Notes under the pieces: model-generated
Seen by the model: the letters and a program-made list of their open reading frames with translations, nothing else
Told to the model about the DNA's origin: nothing
The model's database searches: none
From: an uncultured virus (IMG/VR IMGVR_UViG_3300048839_001435)
Lineage: Duplodnaviria > Heunggongvirae > Uroviricota > Caudoviricetes
Length of the DNA stretch: 43,792 nt
IMG/VR virus record: IMGVR_UViG_3300048839_001435
Reading direction: 5' to 3' (one strand)
Program-made: the position numbers and the translations under genes
In this document: one piece after another, positions 9,427-19,166 of the stretch
Position numbering within the stretch: the first letter of the stretch is position 1
How the letters are laid out: each line of letters starts with the position of its first letter

Positions 9427-10425
9427 CTAGGCCACCCCTCCTCCTCCGGGCGCTCTCGGCGCACCCTTGGCTTGGCCCGAACTTGCCGTGCGAAGCCGGT
9501 GCAATACAACAAAATACGACACGTTGTGTTTCAGCGCGGCGGCGTGCGGGGTCATTCCTCGCGCAACATCGGCCAGCGCCGCGCGCACCGCGAGCACCGT
9601 GGCGCTGCGCTGCGGTCTTGCAGCTACATTCGCCACATACAGTGGGTTCTCGTCGAGCAGTTGAACGATCTCGTCCTGCGTGAAACCCAGCTTGAGGGCT
9701 TCCACGACAGCGTCCTGGCGTTCAATAGATGACAGCCCTCGTCGGCCTCCACGCATACGCACTAGGATCGCACCTACGGGCACCCCCGTAGCTTCCGAGG
9801 CATCTCGGCTCGGGATACCGTCGGCAACTAGCTGCAACGCTCGCTGCAGGTCGGCTGGTTGCCAAGTGTCACGCGGGAGGTCCCAAGCCTCGCCACGCAT
9901 GATCTTGTGGCGGATCTGGGCTGAGGCTTCCTCGACTTTGTCTTCCGCGTAGATCAACAGGTATTGAGTGCGGTTGAACTGATCGAGAGTGATCTCGGCG
10001 CCGTACATCATCGCCGGCTGGACGCGGATGGCGTCCAGGGCAACATCACGTTGGTGCGTTCTGGCGGCGCTCGAAAACCCGAGGAGCCAAGGCCGTAGAT
10101 ATTCGAGGAGGACTTGGTTCTCGTCGGAGTAGTCGAGCGGGTCGAACTCGCCGACCTCGACAACAGTGGTGCCGACTGGATCGATGACGCTCTCCGGAGG
10201 GCGGCGCCAGGCGAGCGCGTATCCCGACAGGCCGATACGCCAGCCGACGGGATGCGCACGCAGTCCGAAGACTTGGTGGGGCTCCTTCGGCCATAGCTCG
10301 GGTAGCCGAAGAAACGCCTTTCGAGGATCGATCGGCTGCGAGATGACGGCACTGATGTACGCCGCCCGTGCCGGCGTCAGCCAGTCGACGAGTCCCTTGA
10401 CCTCGTTCAAGTCGTCGACGTTCAT
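9427..10425 (-). CDS. Unknown N-terminal domain plus HTH and Psq-like C-terminal module shared with 8397..9398
   Basis: ATGA overlap with the ART gene stop. LGFTQDEIVQLLDENPLYV aligns with LGFKQDEIVRLLDEDPIYV. Confidence 0.7.
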   Translation of the reverse strand: MNVDDLNEVKGLVDWLTPARAAYISAVISQPIDPRKAFLRLPELWPKEPHQVFGLRAHPVGWRIGLSGYALAWRRPPESVIDPVGTTVVEVGEFDPLDYSDENQVLLEYLRPWLLGFSSAARTHQRDVALDAIRVQPAMMYGAEITLDQFNRTQYLLIYAEDKVEEASAQIRHKIMRGEAWDLPRDTWQPADLQRALQLVADGIPSRDASEATGVPVGAILVRMRGGRRGLSSIERQDAVVEALKLGFTQDEIVQLLDENPLYVANVAARPQRSATVLAVRAALADVARGMTPHAAALKHNVSYFVVLHRLRTASSGQAKGAPRAPGGGGVA

Positions 10426-11222
10426 TCGACGATGCTCCCGCTGTGCAGCGACCAGGTACCCTGGTTGCCTGTGGCGCTCTTGATCTGCCACGGCTCGAAG
10501 GCGATGTACGAGAGCCCGCCGCCTTCGATGGTGTTGCGGTAGATGACTCCGTCGTAGCCCTTGGCCACGAGGTAGTCCTTGACGCTGTTGCCGAGTTCCT
10601 CGGCGGCAATCTCCCGAGGCGTCGTCGTGTAGTCCGAGGACTCGTCGAGCACCTCGCCGAGCGCGTACGCGTACGCCTCCGCTTTGGTCATGCACTCGTC
10701 GTTGACGATGGCGTACGGTGGCGGTGTGCCGGGACCGCAGTCCTCGTCGACGGTCTCGAAGTCGCCGAAGGCTTCGATCCAGTCGTCGATCTCGCGGCTG
10801 TCGCCATGCTCGTAGATGAACGCGATCAGCTCCTCGTCGGAATCGAAGTAGATCGGGTTCTCGATGCGGAGGTAGACCGGAATCACCCGCGGCCACGCGG
10901 GCTGCTCGACGTGCCTGGCCTCGACGAATCGCCGCTGATCCCAGGTCGCTGCCTCACCCTTGGCGAAGCGGGCCGCGAGCTGGGCGTCCGCCGTGAAGTG
11001 CGGGCCGATGTACGCCCCAGGATCGTTGGAACCGGAGATGACGATCTCGCGCTCCCAGTCGTTCTCGCCGGGGAGGTACTGCGTCCCCGTAGCGAACTCG
11101 ACGAAGTCCAGCGGCGACCGCGTCGCGTGATAGACGACGAGCGGCGCGCCAGCATCGGTGACGATCTTGGAGCGCCCGAACCAGTGCCAGAACTTGTCGT
11201 TGAGTGGCGCGGCGCCGAGCAT
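10422..11222 (-). CDS. ADP-ribosyltransferase-like protein (ART-PolyVal type)
   Basis: FWHWFGRSKIV..GAPLVVYHAT, PVYLRIENP, KGYDGVIY, YIAFEPWQIKSATGNQGT: the signature of ART domains in polyvalent proteins. Confidence 0.75.
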   Translation of the reverse strand: MLGAAPLNDKFWHWFGRSKIVTDAGAPLVVYHATRSPLDFVEFATGTQYLPGENDWEREIVISGSNDPGAYIGPHFTADAQLAARFAKGEAATWDQRRFVEARHVEQPAWPRVIPVYLRIENPIYFDSDEELIAFIYEHGDSREIDDWIEAFGDFETVDEDCGPGTPPPYAIVNDECMTKAEAYAYALGEVLDESSDYTTTPREIAAEELGNSVKDYLVAKGYDGVIYRNTIEGGGLSYIAFEPWQIKSATGNQGTWSLHSGSIVE

Positions 11223-11240
11223 CGTTTCTAGCCTATCGCA

Positions 11241-11256
11241 GATCGGAGCTGCGATC
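11241..11256. promoter_or_regulatory. 16-bp palindromic operator copy GATCGGAGCTGCGATC
   Basis: 5 nt upstream of minus-strand TAGGCT (11230-11235), which lies 7 nt before the ART start. Confidence 0.8.
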
Positions 11257-12101
11257 TATCGGCGGCTGCGGAAGAAGCCCCCCTCGACGATGAACGCGTG
11301 GCCAGGGTCGGTGATCACAACGATCGGACGAGAGAAGTCGTCTCGCAACACAGCACCGACATTACCGGTGTGCACGTCGGCTAGCAGCGCTCCGCGATCG
11401 AGGTAGTGGCCCAGCGTCGCGCCGACGTAGGTGCTGAACTCGTTGGCGTGCTCCATGAACTCCGCGGTGACCTCGCAGATCCGCAGGCACATGGCGGCAC
11501 GGTACGCGCTCTTGACGTTCGGTAGTGGGATGTTGTTCCAACCGCTGAAGTCCCAAGTGACGCGATCGTCGACGTAGTCCGCCGCCCACGACGCCAGCGC
11601 CAGAGTTTGCTCCAGCACTTTCTCGGGATGTTTGGCGCGCCGCACGACGGAGACGACCTGCCCGGCGTGCCGCTGGAACGTCAGCAGCATGTTGGCGAAC
11701 TCGCGCTTCGCGCGCCCCTCGTAGTCGTGCCGATGGATGACTTGAGGACTGAGGACCTTACCGACATCGAAGGCGCCCTCGCGCCAGATGAGGGCCGACG
11801 GCCGTCCACGGAACTGGGACGGCAGCACGACCGCCTTGTGGTACCGGACGATGCCGTCGGGCCAACCGCCTTCGGCGGCGGCCAGCGCCATGGCCCAGTC
11901 GATGAACTTGACCTCGGTCGGGTCCGTCGAGACTTTCAGAACGACGTCAGGAGCCGACGTCGCGTAGACGCAGCCGTAGTGGCCGCAGCCTAGCGGGGCG
12001 CCGACGGGGTGCCACTGTTCAGGGACGCCGCGCAGGGCCTCGGGGCCGAACTCGCGCAGGATACGAGCGACCGACGCGCTGGAGATGCCTAGCTGAGCCA
12101 C
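11256..12101 (-). CDS. Protein-kinase-fold phosphotransferase
   Basis: Gly loop LGCGHYGCVY, VVLKV lysine, catalytic loop LADVHTGNV, metal-binding ITDPG. Confidence 0.8.
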   Translation of the reverse strand: MAQLGISSASVARILREFGPEALRGVPEQWHPVGAPLGCGHYGCVYATSAPDVVLKVSTDPTEVKFIDWAMALAAAEGGWPDGIVRYHKAVVLPSQFRGRPSALIWREGAFDVGKVLSPQVIHRHDYEGRAKREFANMLLTFQRHAGQVVSVVRRAKHPEKVLEQTLALASWAADYVDDRVTWDFSGWNNIPLPNVKSAYRAAMCLRICEVTAEFMEHANEFSTYVGATLGHYLDRGALLADVHTGNVGAVLRDDFSRPIVVITDPGHAFIVEGGFFRSRR

Positions 12102-12114
12102 TCCGCGAGTCTAC

Positions 12115-12130
12115 GATCCCAGCCAGGATC
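12115..12130. promoter_or_regulatory. 16-bp operator copy GATCCCAGCCAGGATC
   Basis: 1 nt upstream of minus-strand TAGACT (12108-12113), which lies 6 nt before the kinase GTG. More diverged copy. Confidence 0.6.
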
Positions 12131-12890
12131 TACGCTAGCCTCCTGAGCCCATGTGCCTTCGGTGACCCTAGATCAAGGAACCTGACGTTCCTGACGCGAG
12201 CGCGGCTCCACCACAAACCTTCGGACCTCGACGCGTGAGTCTTCGCCAAGCGCTGGGAGGCTGTCAGCCCGTGGCCGGGCCGCCAGCCGCTGCGCGGCCC
12301 GTGATAGTGCAGAATGCTAGGCGAAGACATCGAAGTTCGGACGGATCTTCGATCCGATCCCGCCTGATAGACTGATGTAGTACGGTCTACAGTAGGCCGT
12401 AGTGCTCACCGACATGCACGATCGCCGCACCAGATTAGGCACCGTACAGCGCCATCGGTGCGCATAGATACCCGCCAGCGTCATCACATCGCAATGATCG
12501 CGGAGACGATCCGTTGAGTGCACCTCTGAATGGTATTGATGTAGCAGCGTTCGCCGTGCCTCGCATGCCCTGCGTGCCCGACGTGATCGGCGGGCGCCTG
12601 ATGGGTCACGCACGTTTTGGTGATGCACTCGAATCGGCTCGGGCGCCCGGCGAGGCGAGCCTCTACCGTCAGTATGACGCCTTCGGTCCATATGAGATAT
12701 GGCATGCGCACCCCGTCGACACGCCACGCGCCGAAGTTCTTCGGACAGGCGAGAGTGTGCAATGTCACCGCATGCGGCACCCAAAGAACTCCGGTGCGGA
12801 GGATGAGTAGGTCGATGCTGGCCGCGAGGACCTTGGCGTAGAACGGGTCTTCCGGTAGCGCACGGCTGTGCTGTAGAGGTTCCGTAGGAT

Positions 12891-13190
12891 CTACGTCCAC
12901 GGCCCCTGCCCCGTGAGCTTGCCGTAGATGATCCCGACGTCGTCCTTGTCGAGATCCACACCCTTCGTCTCCAGGTGCTCGGCCGCGGCTTCGGTGACGA
13001 ATGGCAGCACGCCCTGGAGCCGCGGCGGGATGTCGCGTGCCTTGCGGACTTCGAGGCCCCAGCGCTCGCCGGGGATCTCCTGGGGGTCGCGGATGATCTG
13101 GAGCCCCGCCGCCATCGCGGCCTCCTGGGACTCGGCGTAGATGAACAGATCGAACCCGAGCACGACGTTGTAGAGCTTGATGTCCGCCAT
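12891..13190 (-). CDS. Hypothetical protein
   Basis: MADIKLYNVVLG, strong codon bias. TG-A-TACGTT lies 7 nt before the ATG. Confidence 0.7.
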   Translation of the reverse strand: MADIKLYNVVLGFDLFIYAESQEAAMAAGLQIIRDPQEIPGERWGLEVRKARDIPPRLQGVLPFVTEAAAEHLETKGVDLDKDDVGIIYGKLTGQGPWT

Positions 13191-13419
13191 CGCGGGCAAC
13201 GTATCACGCGGGTATGACACCTTCAGGCTAGGCCGGGCAGCCTAGTCTGGGAAGATCCTTTTGTCTTTGGGTTCGGCCGGCCCCACATAGTGCTCGGCCG
13301 ACCCCACACAGTGCGCGAGATGGACGCCTGCCGCGATTGGGCGCTGACGCTACGTGAGAACCGGAAACGTTGCTTCTGTGTGTATGGTAGCCACTTAGCC
13401 CATCGGTGAAACGCGACGA

Positions 13420-14010
13420 TCATAGCGCGCACGCGAGGCGGAAGTGGCCGAGGGCCCACGCCGCGCGGAACGCGTCGACGAGTCGTGGATCCGCGGCGAC
13501 CCCGAGGACGTCCCGCTGTCGCGCTTGCATGACGTCGACCTCGATGTCGATCAGCTTGGCGCTGAAAGCCTCGAACAAGTTCCCGAGGCGCTCGACGAAG
13601 GCGGTGCCGCCTCCGTCGGACTTGGCGATGCCGAGCTGCGTGATCGCCAGCGCCGTCTCCAACGCTTGCGCTGCCGGCGGGTCGACGTAGATCTGGGGAA
13701 CGGTGTTCCGCCAGTCTCCGACGCGCCAGTAGTCTTCTGGATCGGTCATGCCGTGCATGATGATGTCCGTGAGCGCGTTCGAGATGCGGTCGATCTCCAG
13801 CGGCTGCACCCGTCGATGCTTGAGCCACAGCGCGTGACACAGCTGCGCCGCGCTCTGCCACTTCCGCCACGGCGGGTGCGCCCAGTCGGCCGGCTGCTTG
13901 CCGTACCGAGGTACGTTCGTGACCGCGTCCGCGATCGTGTCCCAGGCATCGCGCTCGCGGCGAGGTACCTTGGGGACGGCCCTGATCGACTTCTTCGTCT
14001 TGTGCGGCAT
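13420..14010 (-). CDS. Hypothetical protein
   Basis: 196-aa ORF with coding-like composition. Confidence 0.7.
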   Translation of the reverse strand: MPHKTKKSIRAVPKVPRRERDAWDTIADAVTNVPRYGKQPADWAHPPWRKWQSAAQLCHALWLKHRRVQPLEIDRISNALTDIIMHGMTDPEDYWRVGDWRNTVPQIYVDPPAAQALETALAITQLGIAKSDGGGTAFVERLGNLFEAFSAKLIDIEVDVMQARQRDVLGVAADPRLVDAFRAAWALGHFRLACAL

Positions 14011-14268
14011 GTTGACTTGGGTGTAATACTACGGCGCGGGAGTGATCTACCGCGTTATGGGCGCTGCGCTGCTCCACTTCCAACTACAACACATTCAGCG
14101 GCCTAGTTTGTGCACGACGCAGGTCGTGCGCCTCGGCTCCGCCGGACAAGTTCGCGAGCAGCACATTTACCGAAGCTCGATACAACGCCAGCGCGGCGGC
14201 AAAGTGACCGCGCATACCGTGCAACGGCTGGCGTAGCTGTCAGGCGGAACTGCTAGGGTCGGGCCTCC

Positions 14269-15831
14269 ATGGCCCCTCGCGTTTGGACCCCGCAGCAGCA
14301 ACGTATCTTCCAGTGGATGGCCAACGGCCAAGGCCACCTGATCATCCGCGCCCGCGCCGGCGCCGGCAAGACCAGCACGCTCCACGAAGGGATCTGTCGA
14401 CACGTACCGCGAACCCAGCGGGTGCTGGTCACGGCCTTCAACAAGCACACCGCGACCGACGTCCAGTCCAAGATCGGGTCGGGGTTCACCAACGTCGTCG
14501 TCAAGACGGCTCACGCGTTGGGCTATCAGATCCTGCGCGAGAAGCTCGGCGGCCTGCGCGTCGACGCTCGCCGGACGAAGACCCTGACGCAGCAGATCAT
14601 GGGGCGCGGCAAGCACGTGTGGGCCATCGCGCAGTTCGCGGACCGTATCAAGGACGGCGCGCCGTGGGCGCAGTCCGTCGAGGACATCATCGACCACGGC
14701 CGCCGGCTCGACGTGCTGCTCGAAGAGAAGGACATGCCGTTGGCCGAACAGGCAGCGCTGGTCCAGCGGGTGCTCCAGGCGTCGCTCCAAGTGTCCGGCG
14801 AGGTGGCCTTCAGCGATCAGATCTTCGTGCCCTACCGACGCGGTTGGACTCCGCTCGACCAGTTCGACCTCGTGGTCGTCGACGAGCTACAAGACATGGC
14901 CCCGGCGCAGATCGAACTGGCGCTGCAGAGCCTCTCCCCCGAGGGGCGCTTCGTCGCCGCAGGAGACGACCGGCAAATGATCTACGCCTGGCGCGGCGCG
15001 ACCGTGAACGGCCTCGACGACATCAAGGCGCAGCTCAAGGCCACCGAGCTGCCCCTGACGGTGAGCTTCCGGTGCTCCAAGAGCGTCGTGGCCGAGGCGC
15101 GCAAGGTCGTGGGCGACATCCAAGCTCTCTCGACGGCGATCGACGGCGCGATCGGCATGCTGAAGAAGTCCGAGATGCTCAACGAGATCTCGACGCTGCT
15201 GTCGGACCCGAACAACACCCTCAGCGTCTACGTGCTGTCCCGGTTCAACGCGCCGCTGTTCCCGTTGGCGTTGGAGTTCGTCGGCCGTCGAGTCCCGGTG
15301 CTGATCCAAGGCAAGGACTACGGGCAGCGGATGGTCGACCTGGTCGAGAAGATGGGCGCGACGACCAAGCCGCAGCTCATCAGCAAGCTCGATCTGTGGG
15401 CCAAGAGCCGGCTCCGCTACATCTCGCCGGAGAGCAAGGACCCCGAGGACAAGCGCGCTCGTGCCGAGGTCGAGGACTTCGTCAAGGGCATCAAGCTGGT
15501 CGCCGAACGGGCCAGCGCCGTCGCCGAGATTCCGACGATGATCCGGACGCTGTTCGAGGGTGGCGGCAGTCAGTCCCGGCAGGTGACGCTGTCCACAGTG
15601 CACCGGGTCAAGGGGTTCGAGGCGGACTTGGTGTTCGTCTTGGCCGACACGCTGGTGACGAAGAACAAGCGGTTGCTGTGGCGCATCGATTGTGATACGA
15701 GCGAGAAGAACATCGAATACGTCGCCGTGACCCGCGCCAAGGCCGAGCTGTGGTGGGTCGTCCCCGACGACAAGGAGGCCGAAGCTGAAGAAGTCGACTT
15801 CACCGGGTGGGACCGCAGCTGGTGGGCGTGA
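14269..15831 (+). CDS. UvrD/Rep-like SF1 helicase
   Basis: ARAGAGKT, VTAFN, VVDELQD, GDDRQMIYAWRGA, SFRC, STVHRVKGFEAD, YVAVTRAK. Confidence 0.92.
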   Translation: MAPRVWTPQQQRIFQWMANGQGHLIIRARAGAGKTSTLHEGICRHVPRTQRVLVTAFNKHTATDVQSKIGSGFTNVVVKTAHALGYQILREKLGGLRVDARRTKTLTQQIMGRGKHVWAIAQFADRIKDGAPWAQSVEDIIDHGRRLDVLLEEKDMPLAEQAALVQRVLQASLQVSGEVAFSDQIFVPYRRGWTPLDQFDLVVVDELQDMAPAQIELALQSLSPEGRFVAAGDDRQMIYAWRGATVNGLDDIKAQLKATELPLTVSFRCSKSVVAEARKVVGDIQALSTAIDGAIGMLKKSEMLNEISTLLSDPNNTLSVYVLSRFNAPLFPLALEFVGRRVPVLIQGKDYGQRMVDLVEKMGATTKPQLISKLDLWAKSRLRYISPESKDPEDKRARAEVEDFVKGIKLVAERASAVAEIPTMIRTLFEGGGSQSRQVTLSTVHRVKGFEADLVFVLADTLVTKNKRLLWRIDCDTSEKNIEYVAVTRAKAELWWVVPDDKEAEAEEVDFTGWDRSWWA

Positions 15832-16166
15832 CAGCGCCACGCTGATCGTAGCCGCCGGGCACGCGAACCTACTGCTCGGCAGTACCTGCCGCGCACGCTC
15901 GCCGCGTTGGCGTAGTTCGAGCACGAACATCTGCACGATCCTTCAAGGGCAGCAGCGGATCGCGAGGTTGGGATGATCTTTCGGATCTCGATCTGGCGGC
16001 AAAACGGGCGCATCGAAGTTTCACCGCAAGCGCCGATCGCCGGTCGTGCGAGCGTGAGCGGTGCGGGCGGCCCGTCGGCGTATAGCTACTCCAGTAGCGC
16101 TAAGTCAGTAGCGATCCGCGTACTGTCGAAGTGCCGGCATCCGCGAATCGAGATCCTGAGCTGAAC

Positions 16167-16529
16167 ATGTCGGCGATACCAACCCAACCACCCGCAGTAG
16201 CCACGTTGATGGCTGTGCTCAAGAGCGTCGAGGACGCGGTCGGTGCGCCGGCGAGCTACGACGAGGACCTCGGCTGGTGCGTCCCCGTAGGGCAGTGGTG
16301 GCGTGGGCAGCGGATGCGCCGCGGTCGCCGATTTCGGGTGGAGTGGCTCGGCGCCACCTCGGTGGTTACTGTCGAACTCTACGTGAACCGCCGGCGCGTG
16401 AACGCCGTGTGCTGGCGGCCCACGTGGAAGACGTCGTACGACTTGCACATCGAGGCACACAACAAGACGGCGGTCATCGCAGCTTTGCAGCGAGAAGTCG
16501 CCACGAAGTCTCGCGCGAGGCGCCTGTGA
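16167..16529 (+). CDS. Hypothetical protein
   Basis: Plausible ORF from ATG 16167, no motif. Confidence 0.55.
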   Translation: MSAIPTQPPAVATLMAVLKSVEDAVGAPASYDEDLGWCVPVGQWWRGQRMRRGRRFRVEWLGATSVVTVELYVNRRRVNAVCWRPTWKTSYDLHIEAHNKTAVIAALQREVATKSRARRL

Positions 16530-16727
16530 TCGCGCTGTTCTTCGACACGACGTGGCGTCACACTTCGCGGAGTCGTGCGCGGACTGAAGGGTTCGAAACG
16601 AGCTTGTCTCGAAGCCGCCTGTACTCTCGTCTTTGGACCGGAAGGCACTCTTCGAGTGCGTCACGGCTCACGGACGACGTGGACCGCCCCGGATACTATC
16701 CGGTGCTGGCGTTGGGTTGCCTAGCTT

Positions 16728-16743
16728 GATCCTGGCCAGGATC
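16728..16743. promoter_or_regulatory. 16-bp operator copy GATCCTGGCCAGGATC (perfect palindrome)
   Basis: 6 nt upstream of TACTGT (16750-16755), which lies 5 nt before ATG 16761. Confidence 0.65.
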
Positions 16744-16760
16744 TCGCGCTACTGTCGGGC

Positions 16761-17732
16761 ATGCCCGCGAGCGCCGCTGACTACGCCCTGATCGCCGGAA
16801 CCGAGATCGCCGAGAAGGACCCGGCGCAGGCGCGCCTGCTGTACATCTACCGGCTGGCACCGGCCGTGCGGCGGTACATCGACGGCAAGACGCCCGACTG
16901 GCCTGTGGTTCGTGTGGGCTCGGGTCTGTCGGCGAAGCTGACGACGGTCGCGAGCTGGCCCGAGTATGTGCTGACCGCGTGGACCCAAGCCGGTGGCTGG
17001 CAGATCCCGGCTCGTGGCCTGCTGATGAAGGTCAACCTCGTGCCGGCGCTGATCCGATCGTCGACCAAGCCGTGGGCGCCGGTATCGTGGGCGGAGGGCG
17101 GTCACCTTTTGGTTCCGATCCAACAGTCGGCGGCCTTCCACGCGACCAAGTGGATCGCGATGCAGAAGAGCCTGCTGTGGGATTCGACCGCGGGGTACTC
17201 GACGATCAAGGCGCTGGTGGACATCGTCACCCTGAAGCCGAGCTACGGTGAGATCACGCCGGCGCTGCTGGTTCACGCGATGGCTGCGCTCGCCGCTGGC
17301 GAGCCGTACGTGCTGGCCAAGCACGAAGCTGTCGTACGCGAGGCTATCGAAGCGGCGGAAGCGATGGCTCCGTGGCCCAAGTGGGGTCGTGGTGGCGGCC
17401 CGTTGCCGTGGAGCGACTCGAAGGTACTCACGCCCAGCATGCAGGAGCGTGAAGCATTCGCGACGAGCTTGCGGAACCTCCAGAGCGCCCTGGAGGCCGG
17501 GCGCGCGATCAAGGGTCAAGCCGCGGCGGGGTTCGACGCCTTGCTGACCAACCTGGAGAACGCGATGGCGAATGCTCCCGGCGACAGCATGCCGCCGCCG
17601 GAGGCGAGCTGGTGGAGCCGGAGGGCGACTTGGCAGCAGGTCGGCATCGTGCTCGCCGGCGCCGGCGCAGCGTACTACAGCTACAAACACGTCAAGCAAC
17701 GCCGCGCAACGCGCAACCTCCTGCCGGCGTAG
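16761..17732 (+). CDS. Putative virion membrane protein, C-terminal TM anchor
   Basis: VGIVLAGAGAAYYSY followed by basic residues, preceded by an operator. Confidence 0.7.
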   Translation: MPASAADYALIAGTEIAEKDPAQARLLYIYRLAPAVRRYIDGKTPDWPVVRVGSGLSAKLTTVASWPEYVLTAWTQAGGWQIPARGLLMKVNLVPALIRSSTKPWAPVSWAEGGHLLVPIQQSAAFHATKWIAMQKSLLWDSTAGYSTIKALVDIVTLKPSYGEITPALLVHAMAALAAGEPYVLAKHEAVVREAIEAAEAMAPWPKWGRGGGPLPWSDSKVLTPSMQEREAFATSLRNLQSALEAGRAIKGQAAAGFDALLTNLENAMANAPGDSMPPPEASWWSRRATWQQVGIVLAGAGAAYYSYKHVKQRRATRNLLPA

Positions 17733-17743
17733 AGGAGTCTTCG

Positions 17744-18061
17744 GTGCCAAAGCGCGGCCAGATCTGTCTCGTCGGTTACCGACAAGTTGGCAAGGGGTAC
17801 TACTTCGTGCTCGCCCGAGGGAAGTCGGGTCAGCTCAAGAAGAGCTACGCGTGCTGGCGGTCCCGCCCGACGGCTGAGCGTGAGCTGCTGCGATACAAGC
17901 AGCTGTACCAAGACGAATATGCACAGGCACGTCAGCTGTTCGAGGCCATCGACAAGCCAAACCCAATCGGGTTGTGTCGGATGCGCGATGATCACGTGTG
18001 TACGCCAATCACCGAGCCGTTGGCGTTGGCTGGCGCACGGCGACCTCGCCGGAGGAGGTAA
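17744..18061 (+). CDS. Basic protein ending LAG-ARRPRRRR
   Basis: RBS GAGGAG before GTG 17744. Confidence 0.65.
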   Translation: MPKRGQICLVGYRQVGKGYYFVLARGKSGQLKKSYACWRSRPTAERELLRYKQLYQDEYAQARQLFEAIDKPNPIGLCRMRDDHVCTPITEPLALAGARRPRRRR

Positions 18062-18064
18062 CCC

Positions 18065-18616
18065 GTGTTGATGTCGAGCACTCTCACAACTTCGGCGATC
18101 ACGCAGTATCGCGATGCGCGCGCTGCACAGTCGGCGAAGGTCCGCGAGTTCGTCGCGGACGTCAAACGCCAACGGCCTGGAACGTATTACTACGTCACAC
18201 GAAGTGCAGGCGCCCAGAAGGGCGGCGTGATGGCCGAGGAGCGAGCCTTCGGCTACTACTGGGCGCACGGCGCGTTCGAGGAGATCGGACTCGCCCTGCG
18301 CCGTATGGGCGTCAACGTCGCGTTCCAGCTGCAAGCACCGAGCACACCCGACGCAAGGCTCGTCGCCGCCGCGATCCCCGACGTCGACCAGCAGGTATTG
18401 GGTGTTCCAGCGCACCTGAAGCGCGCCGAGGCGGCTCTAGCGGCATTCGACGCCGAGACCGCGCGGGTCGCCTCGCAGATGACGACCGACAGCATGCGTA
18501 TTACGGCGACGCCGCCTCCGGGACCGGTCTCGACGCCGCTGGTGTTCGTCGGGATCGTAGCCGTGGCTGGACTGGCTGCTGTGCTCGTCCGGCGGCACCG
18601 CCGCGCTGAGGGCTAG
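18065..18616 (+). CDS. C-terminally anchored membrane protein, cargo-less paralog of 33573..34403
   Basis: RBS GGAGG. FQLQAPS and QQVLGVPA...LAAFDAET align with the HicA-fusion protein. Confidence 0.75.
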   Translation: MLMSSTLTTSAITQYRDARAAQSAKVREFVADVKRQRPGTYYYVTRSAGAQKGGVMAEERAFGYYWAHGAFEEIGLALRRMGVNVAFQLQAPSTPDARLVAAAIPDVDQQVLGVPAHLKRAEAALAAFDAETARVASQMTTDSMRITATPPPGPVSTPLVFVGIVAVAGLAAVLVRRHRRAEG

Positions 18617-18659
18617 CCGAAGGGCCCCTGCGTGGGCTGAAGGCGCGCTCGCGCGCGCG

Positions 18660-19110
18660 TAGCCGGCCTATACCTGGACTATAGCCCGTGGTATAGCTGG
18701 GTAGCGGGTTAGGGCTATACCCGGCACCCGCAGGCGGGTAGCGGAAATTTGGGTGGTTCGGCGGGTGCGGTTGTCGGCGCCTGCCTAGACACCCCGCCAG
18801 AGGTCACCATTTGCCCCAGGACGGCCGGAAAGGGGTGGGGGTGCCTCCTGACCAGGGTCGGCCTCTTACGCGGCCCTTGGCGCGCGATTCAGCGCTTCAG
18901 GCGATATGCTGTCTTTTGCGATCTGGCTTACGGGTTCGGCGGGGCCCCTCCCGCGCGCGTCGTGCCCTAGTGGATCCGTTTAGCTATAATCCACTCCTAT
19001 AAATACAAACGGTTTATAGCTAATTCGATCCACACGCGAGACGCGTGAGGGGAGTAGAGCCATCAAACACGTATTCCAACAAACAACTGGCAAGTGTTGG
19101 GCCAAGTTTT
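18660..19110. other. Long intergenic region with CTATA/TATAG inverted repeats and an AT-rich tract, candidate replication origin
   Basis: TATAGCCC 18680-87 pairs with GGGCTATA 18712-19, AGCTATAA 18982-89 pairs with TTATAGCT 19014-21, AT-rich stretch about 18980-19110. Confidence 0.35.
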
Positions 19111-19166
19111 GGGGTGTTCAGCAGGGATCTGCGCTTAGCGTAGCAACGCGCGCGCCAAACACATAC

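Noticed and set aside
12344..12359. GATCTTCGATCCGATC as a 14th operator copy
   Set aside because: GATC spacing fits and TAGACT follows, but the core lacks the central GC and symmetry, and no credible gene follows.
12130..12900. Short ORFs such as 12484..12900 as genes
   Set aside because: Weak codon bias and no motif or clear start signal, so not supportable.
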